Origin: Anaerolineae bacterium
GTDB lineage: Bacteria > Chloroflexota > Anaerolineae > Aggregatilineales > Phototrophicaceae
Direction of reading: 5' to 3'
Assembly: GCA_034437555.1 (NCBI GenBank)
Contig: DAOTTQ010000060.1
Coordinates: 21,073 to 85,072 of the forward strand
Length of the DNA stretch: 64,000 nucleotides
Positions 36,353 to 46,500 of the stretch are shown in pieces (the stretch's first letter is position 1; each line of letters opens with the position of its first letter). A program made the translations under genes and the position numbers. Below the pieces are notes generated by a model. It was not told the DNA's origin. It saw nothing but the letters and a program-made list of their open reading frames with translations, and searched no databases.

Positions 36353-39300
36353 TTATTCGTAGAACGAGATGCTATCCACCATAATTTCGATTTGGTCTGT
36401 CATAATGGCGATAGAATCCGCGTCATCCAGCGTTTCTGTCCAAACCGTATACAGTTGTCCACCGCGTTCTTGTAAGTACACACGCCCACGCACTGCTTGA
36501 CTGTTACGAGTCGCGGTGTAAGTGATCGCATCCCACGCCGAAAGGTTTGTATAGGCGCGAACATCAGAGAGTACCACGTCACTTGTCCCTGATAGGGATT
36601 GGTTGGCAACATCATTTAACGCAGTGCCATTGGGTTCTGTGGCACGATAGGCGAAGAATGAAGTGCTTGCAGGGTCGCCCCCTTCGCTAAATACAATCCA
36701 ACCGTCACGTTCTGTTTCGTTCCATGTGGCAGGGCGCGCAAACACAAACGTATCTCTAACCGTCAGTCGCCACTCACGAGTGCGTGACTCTAGGAATGCA
36801 CCATTATCAAAGACGCGGATATTGTTTTGTAGCACGTCTAGGGTTGCATCTAAATCACCTGCCCCCACTTTTGCCTCTCCACTAAAGATAATGCCAATTT
36901 GGAAGTAGTCGTTATAGGTTACAAAGGCTTTACCGTCATACTCACCGTTGGCGGTGCTATAGCGATAGTTAAATTCTAGGGCGGGCTTGCCCCCGATAAT
37001 GGTGGGCGTAAACGCGCCATCTACCGTAAATTCTGCCAAAGACACCAGCAAATCTGCAATGAATTGCAGGTCATCAGGAACAGGTTCCATGTTGTTGTCA
37101 AACTCGGAAATATAGTAGATGCTGACGTTTTGTGTGCCGTCGGCGTTGGGTTGACCGCCTTCATTCAATGTGCCATCGGGGCTGGTGGTGCGGTTAAACT
37201 CTACAGCAAGTGGTTCTAGTTGCCCAAGTGAGTATGCGAATGGGAACGTCCATTGAGCAGGGCGAACAATAGTATAACCCAAGTCGGGCTTACTTAAGCC
37301 TCTTAGGGTTTCATCTACGCCGGTACTGTCTACTTGAACGCTATAATTGCCATACCCTGTTGTACCACCAAAGGCTGTTGCCAGTACACCATAGGTATAT
37401 GTGCCATTGGGTGCAGGATTCCAAGAGTAGGTAATGCCTTCGCTACCCCACTTCATATAATTGGGGCTAAGTTCAAGCGTTGTACCGCCGTCAGGCTTTA
37501 CACGCTGGCGGAAAGCAACAAAGTCCGAACCTTCTGGAATGGTAATGTTTGCGGCGGCTTCGCTATTGGTTGCACGGCTAATGACGCGCTGTACACGTCC
37601 CACTTCGCCCGCATAGCGCACTACATCAAATACCACAGTGACATCACGCCATTGGTCATTAGCGGATTGGCGATAGTAACCTTCCATGAAGGCAACATTT
37701 TCTGTGAAAATAAGCAATTCATTCACGCTGACATTGCCATCTGTGACCACAGGCAATGCCACGTCCCACGCCAATTCAATAGATCTTAAGCCTGGATTCC
37801 AGCTATTGAGGCGAACAGAATTGCCGTTTTCGTCTACCGAATCGAATAATAGGCGTTCTTTAGAGAGACGGATATACGTACCATCTGCCTGAAGCTGGTC
37901 AACTGTGCCGTCAACGTGGGCAATATTGCGCCCTACAATTTCAGTGTACGCAAGCACAGGAGACAAGACGCTGGCAGTGTCATTTTCTAAGGGGTATCGC
38001 CCTGCAATGTTTACCTTAGGCGCAACGGGGGCATGGAAGGCTTCGCTTGCGCTCCCCGCCCACACTTTGGGCGTAACCGCATTATAGTAATTACGAAGCA
38101 TCACAGCCCATTCATTGATGGGGGTTGCTCCAAAGTAAGCCGTTCCTCTAAAGAAGTCTACAGTTTCGGGGAAGTAGATGTTGTAGTAGCTGGCAGTTTC
38201 TAAACGCCCATCGCCACCGTTACGGCTATATAGGCGGGCAGCATCTAGGGTTTCTAGCAACTTTACGGCTGCCGTCCGTAGTTCTACATCAGAGGTTTCT
38301 GCCACCAAACGGCGCATCAGGTCGCCCAAGTCTACACGGGTTTGGCTACCTAAAAAGTGCGAATAGGTGTAGGTGTTCTTACGCGCATTGCCCAATGAAA
38401 CAGCATAGCGTTGGGGGTCTGCGTTAAACACTTCTGCAAAGCGTTCAATAGCATCAGTAACGGGGTCGAATGAGGTCAAATCCGTCACACTGTGGGTCAA
38501 ATAGACCAAGTCGGGGCTACTAACGCGCTGAATGTCAGTATCGATGTAGTTATCGATCAATATCTTGCCATAAGCACTGGTATCCCCGTTGGGGTCTGTG
38601 TTCAGCAGTTCAACGAAGCGCGTCATGCTAAGGGCGGGGTCAATCACCACTTCAGGCGATGCGAAAGACACATCAAAGAACTTCGACATAACCGAGAAGT
38701 ATTCTACGCTACTCATAGAACAAGCATCGTTGATAAGCGTGCTAAAGCGTTTACCTGCCTCAGCTGTGGCAAGAGAGAAGGCTTGGTCTAGTTCATCAAG
38801 GGAGAGCTTTTCTGGCTTAACATTGTCTACAATAGCATCGCCTAATTGGGGAGTGTCATCCTGAATCAAACCTTCCCATGCTGCGCCATGGCTACCGAAT
38901 GCCACCGCATAGTTTTTGGCGGGAAAGTGACGCACAGCCCAAACCAAGTATTGCGCCAGCAGGTTTCCATCGCTAGAGGAAAAATCGACCCCCAAATCCG
39001 CAATTTCCACGCTATCAATTTCATTGTCGTTGTTGCTATCACCCACTTCAAACACTTTAGACGAGTTCCAATTTCCGCTGGAGGTGTCTTGTCCGGGGTA
39101 TCTGTCCATCAGCATTACAACACGCACATTCTCGGTACTACCGCCTGCTTTCTCAAACTCCTTGAAGTCCTTCAGTAAGCCGGGTTCAAGGTCGGTGTCT
39201 GCCCCATAATAGGCAAAAACTGTCCAATCCGCTTCTGCTCGCACTTCAATATCGGGAAAACCACTGGCACGAATAGCTTCGGGTGATACATCGTAAGCGA

Positions 39301-39712
39301 TAGGTTCTTCTACTTTGGGGGGGGTGACAATGACTTTAAGGTCAAAGTCGCCACTGGTATCGCCGTTCTGTACGCCATAGCGCGTGGCAATCACGCGGTA
39401 TTGCCCAGAACGAGCTGAAGGGAACTCTATCAATGAAGAAACATCACCACGCACGCGGTCATCATTTTGGTCAATGATGTTACCCGTGTTATCAACGAGA
39501 TACAGTAGCGTGTCGAGGTCACCACTGGTGGGCAACATATCCACTGTAATTTGGCTTCCTGTTCTTGCAACGGAGAATGCCAATTCAAGATAAGGGGTTT
39601 CGTTGTCTATAAAACCACTTAAGTTACGCTCGGTTTGGGCAACAACGAGCGCGGGCATTAGACCCAATAGGAATAATAGGAGGGTGACTCCTGAAATCGT
39701 CGTTCTTCTCAT
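36353..39712 (-). CDS. Secreted multidomain protease: signal peptide, PPC (pre-peptidase C-terminal-type) domain, clostripain-like C11 cysteine peptidase, and a ~650-aa uncharacterised C-terminal region
   Basis: Signal peptide MRRTTISGVTLLLFLLGLMPALVVAQ. PPC-like GDLDTLLYLVDNTGNIIDQNDD...YRVIATRYG. C11 hallmarks are DWTVFAYYGADTDLE, the His in AFGSHGAAWEG (codon 38888-38890), and the Cys in INDACSMSSVE (codon 38720-38722). Confidence 0.65.
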   Translation of the reverse strand: MRRTTISGVTLLLFLLGLMPALVVAQTERNLSGFIDNETPYLELAFSVARTGSQITVDMLPTSGDLDTLLYLVDNTGNIIDQNDDRVRGDVSSLIEFPSARSGQYRVIATRYGVQNGDTSGDFDLKVIVTPPKVEEPIAYDVSPEAIRASGFPDIEVRAEADWTVFAYYGADTDLEPGLLKDFKEFEKAGGSTENVRVVMLMDRYPGQDTSSGNWNSSKVFEVGDSNNDNEIDSVEIADLGVDFSSSDGNLLAQYLVWAVRHFPAKNYAVAFGSHGAAWEGLIQDDTPQLGDAIVDNVKPEKLSLDELDQAFSLATAEAGKRFSTLINDACSMSSVEYFSVMSKFFDVSFASPEVVIDPALSMTRFVELLNTDPNGDTSAYGKILIDNYIDTDIQRVSSPDLVYLTHSVTDLTSFDPVTDAIERFAEVFNADPQRYAVSLGNARKNTYTYSHFLGSQTRVDLGDLMRRLVAETSDVELRTAAVKLLETLDAARLYSRNGGDGRLETASYYNIYFPETVDFFRGTAYFGATPINEWAVMLRNYYNAVTPKVWAGSASEAFHAPVAPKVNIAGRYPLENDTASVLSPVLAYTEIVGRNIAHVDGTVDQLQADGTYIRLSKERLLFDSVDENGNSVRLNSWNPGLRSIELAWDVALPVVTDGNVSVNELLIFTENVAFMEGYYRQSANDQWRDVTVVFDVVRYAGEVGRVQRVISRATNSEAAANITIPEGSDFVAFRQRVKPDGGTTLELSPNYMKWGSEGITYSWNPAPNGTYTYGVLATAFGGTTGYGNYSVQVDSTGVDETLRGLSKPDLGYTIVRPAQWTFPFAYSLGQLEPLAVEFNRTTSPDGTLNEGGQPNADGTQNVSIYYISEFDNNMEPVPDDLQFIADLLVSLAEFTVDGAFTPTIIGGKPALEFNYRYSTANGEYDGKAFVTYNDYFQIGIIFSGEAKVGAGDLDATLDVLQNNIRVFDNGAFLESRTREWRLTVRDTFVFARPATWNETERDGWIVFSEGGDPASTSFFAYRATEPNGTALNDVANQSLSGTSDVVLSDVRAYTNLSAWDAITYTATRNSQAVRGRVYLQERGGQLYTVWTETLDDADSIAIMTDQIEIMVDSISFYE

Positions 39713-39813
39713 CGTGTTTGCCTATAATAATGTTAATCACAACTTCCTTATGATAACACGGAATAGGGAGGGCATTAAAGGAACGGCTCGTATTTTTAAC
39801 ACTTTTTAGCAAC

Positions 39814-39846
39814 AAAAAAACGGGAGGCAAACTCCCGTCTTTTTTA
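39814..39846 (-). terminator. Intrinsic terminator of the 198-aa gene
   Basis: Minus strand reads AAAAAAGACGGGAGTTTGCCTCCCGTTTTTTT, a 7-bp GC-rich stem plus a U-tract. Confidence 0.85.
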
Positions 39847-39866
39847 CTGCACTAAAATAACGCAAA

Positions 39867-40463
39867 TTAACAAGCAGAACGTGGGTTGCAGCTCGTTACA
39901 GTAGTTACGCGACCATCGTCAGCACGTTTTTCGGCGGCGGCGAAGATAACATCTTGGAAAGCGCGGTCAAATACCACGTTCACAATGAATGCTGTGCCAG
40001 TACCTTCAAACACAGACTTGTCGTCTAATTGCCCTACAACATCGCTGTATTCCAACACGGTAAAGGACAGTACGCCCTCTTCACTGAGTACGGGAGCAGT
40101 AACCACCAGGGTTTGGTCGAATACTTCGGCGGTAGGTACGCCATCAACGGTGGTGACTACTTCTACTTCTACGGTAACGGTGGCATAGAAATCTTCTTCG
40201 GTAAGGTTGAGGTCGGCGATTTTTTCAATGCCGTATGCCCAGTCGTTCACAAAGTCTTGTGTACCGTAGAACGTGGAGACAATACCATCTTCGCCTGCAT
40301 ATACAGTAGGAAGTACGCTAGGCGCACCTTCGATAGTAACGGTTTCTTCGGTGACGGTAATGCTTGCGCCTGTAATGGCAATTACGCCACTGTCGGGAGT
40401 TTGAGCAATGATGGGGAGTGCCATCACAGTAATGAAAAGACCTGCCAAAATTTTACGAATCAT
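39867..40463 (-). CDS. Small secreted T/V/E-rich protein of unknown function
   Basis: Signal peptide MIRKILAGLFITVMALPIIAQTP, an SD-like GAGAGG upstream, and a C-terminal CNPRSAC. It has its own terminators on both sides. Confidence 0.6.
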   Translation of the reverse strand: MIRKILAGLFITVMALPIIAQTPDSGVIAITGASITVTEETVTIEGAPSVLPTVYAGEDGIVSTFYGTQDFVNDWAYGIEKIADLNLTEEDFYATVTVEVEVVTTVDGVPTAEVFDQTLVVTAPVLSEEGVLSFTVLEYSDVVGQLDDKSVFEGTGTAFIVNVVFDRAFQDVIFAAAEKRADDGRVTTVTSCNPRSAC

Positions 40464-40532
40464 AGGGTTTCCTCTCAGAAGCTATTTGAGTACACTTTTC
40501 TTAGTTATTATAACGGAGAAAAGAATGATTAT

Positions 40533-40558
40533 AAAAGGGGTGGAGCGAACTCCACCCC
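40533..40558 (-). terminator. Intrinsic terminator of the giant surface-protein gene
   Basis: Minus strand reads GGGGTGGAG-TTCG-CTCCACCCC followed by TTTTAT. Confidence 0.85.
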
Positions 40559-40571
40559 CAATTTATCTCAA

Positions 40572-43500
40572 TTATTGAGATTTTGGTGGTACCAAACCGT
40601 TACGGCTGGCATTTTCTTCCGCAGGTGCGTTTTGTGGGTCGCGGTCGTTGGCTTCGTCATTCGTCAGTTGGCTGGCTTCTTGGTCAACCTTAATGGGTGC
40701 GCCATCAATTGGGAGGGCGCTTACACTAAAGATTTCGTTGTTGCCAATCACATCGGATGCGAATACCACTGTGGTGCTTTCGCAAATCCATGTAGGCGCA
40801 GTGTTGATATTGCCTGCGTATTCTTCGGTGTTTTCTGTCAGTAGGCGTGTTGTGCCTGTTGCCACTTCATAGACGTAGATGTCGGGTGTATCGCCATCAG
40901 CATCGGATTGGTACGCAATGAGTGTGTCATCGGGTGACCAAGAGAAGTTACGGGCATCTGCGCCTTCAACGGAGACTTGGGTAATTTCTTGGGTTGCCAA
41001 GTCCATGATGTAGATGATGCTTTGGAGCGCACCATTGGCATCTAGGCTCTCGCCACGGAAGACGATGCGTGTGTTGTCGTTAGAGTATTGCGCATCATGA
41101 TAGTCTACACCTGCAACGGTGCTGGTTAGGCGTGTGACGACAGTGTTATTGAAGTCGGTCACGTCTAGTTCGTAAATTTGCCACAAGCCGTCCTCGCGGT
41201 CGCTTTGGAACAGGAGCTTGGTGCCATTGTCACCCCAGAATGGGTTGATGTCGTTGGCGGGGTTGTCGGTTAGGCGGTACTTTTCGCCCGTGAGCAAGTC
41301 TAGCAAGCGGATTTCCCAGTTGCCGTCCACGTTAGATTCGTATGCCAATTTCGTCCCGTCAGGTGACCATACTGGGTCAAGGTCAATTGCACTGTCGTTA
41401 TAGGTAACGCGTTGTTGGTCTTCTAGTGTACCGTCAACGGGTGAGACATAGATTTCCCAGTTGCCATCACGGTTGCTTGCAAAGGCAAGGAACTTAGCAT
41501 CTGGCGAGCGTGCGGGTCCAATGTCGGAGATACGTTCACCGTAACCCTTAGACATATTGACATCAGCATCTACGTTATAGCCAAAGCCTTCTGGGAACTC
41601 ACCAAGACGGAAGATTTCCCAGTCACCAGTGATGTTCGTGTGGTAGGCAAGCCAGTCCACGCAGATACCTTCGCCTGTAACCACAGGGCGCCAGTCAACA
41701 ACGGGGCGTTCTGTTTGAGGTGCGCAGAACCCGTTGGAGAGGTTAATCATCGGGAAGGTGATGTTCTTGCCACTTCCCATTACCAGTGTTTCACCGCAGA
41801 TACCGACTGTTGGGGGTTCTGTAGGTTCTGGTGTGGGTGTTTGTTCGGGTGTTACGGGTGGTTCATCGTAACAAGTGGGGTCTGTACAGACGGGTGGGGG
41901 AGGTAGCTCACCGCAGGTTAATGCGTGTACAGCATCTACGTCATAGCCATCGACTTCGGCTTCGCCAAAGAAGCCGGCATCCGTGATGTCTACAATCTTG
42001 ATGCGGTCGATATAGCTTAAGCCAGAAACTGCGATATCAAAGGAGCTGTCTAGGAAGGCTGTACCCACAGAGATATAAGCACCACCCTTATAAGCGACGA
42101 ATACTTCGATGCGTTCGGGATAGTTGCTAGGTGTGGGGAGTTGACCATTCACTAGCCACGTGGTTTCAAAGATTTGGAAGTCTGCGCCGGGTTCGTCATA
42201 AAGAACACCGTCGAAGCCAAGTTCGATACTGCCACCCAAGCCAAGCGCATAGAACGTACCTAGTGCATCGCCATCGGGTGTGCCAAGTGCGGCGGCGGGG
42301 TTAGAGCGAATGGGTGCGACTGGGTTACCCAAGTTGGTTAAACCTTGTGATGTTGCAATCACGCGGTTGGGGTAGCACAAGCCTGCTGGAGGAGGCGCAC
42401 ATTCAACGTCGGTTGTTAGTCGTGATTCGGTGTAAGAACCACCGTCAACAATGCCTTCGCTTTGTGCTTCAAAGGTTACGATGCTGTCATAGGCACTAGA
42501 CACAGAGATTTCAACACTTTCACCGCTTGCCAAGAAGAATTCATTGAAAACGGGAGTTAAGTTGACGTTCTTGCTGGTGCTAATGCTAAACGTATCGGGT
42601 TGTAGCATTTCGCCGGGACCCGTGTTTGTTACTGTGAACTTCGCCACGCCATCGCTCTCGCAGATGCCCGTTACCGTTAGGAGGTAAGGTTGTGGTGTAC
42701 ATTCTACAGGACGTTCTAGGCTGTAGATTTGGTTCAAAGGCAATGTACTGTCTTCGCCTGATTGCATTTCGCTCTGGAAGACAACGGTCTTATTCCATTG
42801 GTCGCTGATGCTGAAGCTCTCGCTACTTTCGCCAGCATTCAATTGGAAGCTACCACCGCTAAACAGTACTTCAAACGTGTTTGAATCTACGATAACCACA
42901 TTGTGAGGTAGGAGCATATCACCGTCACCGTTGTTTGTTACAACGAAGCTGGCAACGCCACTCTCGCACAATTCAACCACTACAAGTTCATAAGGTTGGG
43001 GTAGGCAGGTTACGCTGTCTGTTAGAGAGGCTTGTTGGTTGAGCGTGATGTTTGGCTCGCCTTCTGTGCCTTCGTCTAGCGTGCTGTTAAAGTTGGCTTC
43101 GGTATTAAAGACACCGCTTACCACAAACTCGCGCTTTTCACCCGCACTAAGGATGAAGCTACCCAAGTCCACTTCGCCAGCATCGGTTGTGATGCTGTAG
43201 TTATGGGGTGTAAGCATGTCGCCTTCGCCTTGATTGGTCACCAAGAAGCTCAGTTCGCCAGCTTCGCACAAGGATTCGATAGCCAGTGTGTAGGGTTGAG
43301 GTTCACAGTCTACACTACCATCAAGCAAGGTTACATCATAGATTTCACTATCGCCACCTGTGACGCTGAAGGCATATGTTGCGTTCCAAGCGTTAGGTAC
43401 ACTAAAGCTCTTCGATTCATCACTGTTCAATTGGAAGCTGTTGTCATCCAATGTTACAGGTTCGCCGTCTTTTGTGACGCTTACTGTAGCAGAGGAGAGC

Positions 43501-46500
43501 ATGTCGCCTGCACCGTTGTTAGTTACGGTGAGGGTGGCTGTGCCAGCTTCGCAGATGTACTTGGCTTGTAGTTCATAGCGTTCTGGATCGCAGTTAATGC
43601 TCTTATCTAGGTCAGTTACGTTCACAAATTCATCGCCACCCGTTACAGACACACTTACAACTTGGTTAAATGTGACCGTGTTGGCTTGGAAGCTCTTGTT
43701 TTCGCCCGCAGCCAATTGGAAGGCGTTGTCGGCTGGCGTAACGTCTGTGCCGTTTGCGGTAAATGTTACATAGGCTTCGGAGAGCATGTCGCCTGCACCG
43801 TTGTTTGTTACTGTAAACGTGGTTTGTCCTTCAATACATTGATATTCAGACACCAGTTCATAGTCTTGTGGGGCGCAGGTTACTTCTGCTACCAGTGTTT
43901 CATCAGACTTGTAGAAGTAAACCGTTTGGTTGTATTGGTTAGATACAGTAAAGGTTTTGCTTTCGCCAGCCTTTAGTTGATAGTCATTACCTTCGTTGGC
44001 GGTAAGTTCTTCGCCTTCTTCGTTGGTAATGAAGATGCTGTCGCTGTCGAGCATATCACCTGCTGTGCTGCTGTTGGTAATGGTCAATTTAGCCACACCA
44101 TCGCTCTCGCAGATGCTCTTAAAGGTAAGGGCAGGGTCTTTTGGCGGACATTCTGCACTAACGGGTAGCTCGATGCCTTCAACCGTCAGGACAAGCGTTT
44201 CACCCTTTTGGTTGTCGTAGGTGAGTTCTAGCTCGCCTTCACCTGCTAATGTAACGCTACTATTGACTAGTGTGCCAGTAGAGTTGGTTACAGTGTAGCT
44301 CTTGCTTTCCGTCATGGGGAACTTGCTAACATTGGTAATGACAAATGTCACAGAACCGTTAGCATCACAAACACCTGCTGCTGTCAAGCGAGGTTCAACA
44401 CCTTCGCATAAGTTTTCGTTGACTGCCTTCGTTTGTACCAATGTTCCACCTACAAACAAGCGCGTTGTATTTGCGCCGCCGTAAGTGCCGGTGATAGTGA
44501 AGAAGGTGTCGCTGTTGGCTGTGGCTGTGCCAGAACCGTTGGTGGTTGTGCCGAAGACATCCCATGTAAATGGAACATCGAAGTTATTACCGTTACTAAC
44601 ATGGAATTGATGTTCGTTGGGTGTTTGCCAGCAGATAGAAGTAAGCGTTAGGGCAGGGGTACAGCTTGTTGTGCTTGCCGTTACACTTGGGATACCGCCG
44701 CCTGTTGTGCTAAGGCTAAAGATGCCAAAGCCACTAGCATTAACGGTTGTTTCGCCATTCGCTGCAAGGCGAATCGTTTCGGTTGCTACCACATTGTCAC
44801 CAATTTTGATGGTTACGAACATATCTTCTAGCATGTCGCCACCACTATTGGTAAGGGTGAAGGATGCACCCCCATTGGCGCAGATACCTACTGCCCGAAC
44901 AATGGGTTTGGGGTCTTCACATTCCACAGAAGCGGTTAGGTTTCCACCATTGGCATCTGTGCTAAAGGTAATGCTCTTACCTTCTAAACCACTGGCTGTA
45001 AAGGACTTGGATTGTCCTGTGCCGAGTGTGAAGGTGTTGTCGGCAATGGTGACAGGTGCGCCGTCAGAAACTGCGGACACTGTGCCATTAACGGTCATGG
45101 GCCCGCCCACGTTGGCTACGGTAAAGGTTGCTGTGCCATTGGCATCGCAGACCAAACCGCGATTAAGGATGGGTTCGGCAGTAGAAAGGCTGCTGTCTAC
45201 GCGGATATTACGAGGAACAATGCCGTTTGTGCCATCTCTACTGATGAGCATTTGAACGTTGTATGTACCATCAGCATAGGTATGGCAGATTTCTGTTTGT
45301 CCTTCGCCTGTACTGCCATCACCAAAGTTCCAACCAGCGATATTTACACCAGAGGAAACCACGCCGGTGAAACAGACTTCGCCATTGCCACGAATGTCAA
45401 CGTTGAAGTAAGCGGAATCGTCAACGAGGGCAAAGAGTGTTACCTTATTGGTTGCACGACCGTTTAGAACGTCGTTAGCAACACCGAGTGTAACTTGCTT
45501 TTCGCCAACAGTTGGGAAGAAAATACAGGGGTTTTGTTCGTTGCTGGTTGCGGGTTCGCCACCTTCAAACGTCCATTCCCAGCTCGTAATGGGGTTACCC
45601 GTTACAGTGCTTTTGTCTGTAAAGCAGATGGTGCGTGGCGCTACAGCTTCCCATGGGTCAGCAACAAAGCTGGCGATGAGGGATGTTTCACCATAAACCA
45701 CCACGACTACGCTGGCTTCTTGGGTACGTAAAGGACCCACACCTGTAACGCGGATGGTGTATGTACCTGGTTCTGTAAAGACATAGCGACCTTGTTCTGC
45801 GACTTCGCTAGAACCGTCAGGGTAGAACCACTTAAGGGTGCTACGGTTGATATTGACTGTGATTGCATCAAACACAGACACTAAGCCGACAAGCCCACTG
45901 TTGGGGTTGGCTGTTGCGCTAATGCTTTGTGCAGCTTCTACGCGAACATTGGCAGAAACCTCGCACGTTCCGCTACCGTCTACAGTGACACCCACCAAGC
46001 GCAGGTCGATGGAGTTGTTTTCACCGTTGTAAATGGTAGAGAAGTTCGCGTTGTCTTCGCCCACTTGTTCACCATTCAGGTACCAAGTGTAGTTCATTTG
46101 GCGACCGTTGGCGTTGCCTACGTTCACACGGAAGCTCGCATTTTCGCCATTATAGATAGCATCGGGTGCCACGATGGTGCAGGAGAAATTATCTGCGCCA
46201 ATGCTAATGATCTTAGTTTCGGCGCAATAAACTTGCTCGCCAATTTTCACTTCATAGCCAAGGCTAAAAGTAGTGTTGGGTTGTGACATTACATCTGCGG
46301 GGAAATCGAAACGTGAGGCGGTGCTATTTTGTACCGACTCGCCGTTGACTGTCCAGTTGAATGTAAAGCCTGCCAATTCGTAGGCGGTCACATTGACATT
46401 AGCAAAGCCAGAGGTGAAAGGCGCGAAGCTAGAATTGCCACTAAGCGAGCAAACTACTTCTGTTACGCTGACATTCACTGTCTTTGTTAGCACGCAGGCT

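Noticed and set aside
40565-40581. The perfect palindrome ATCTCAAT-T-ATTGAGAT spanning the stop codon of the giant gene
   Set aside because: It is AT-rich and short, and it sits immediately next to the real GC-rich terminator (40533-40558). It is probably incidental.
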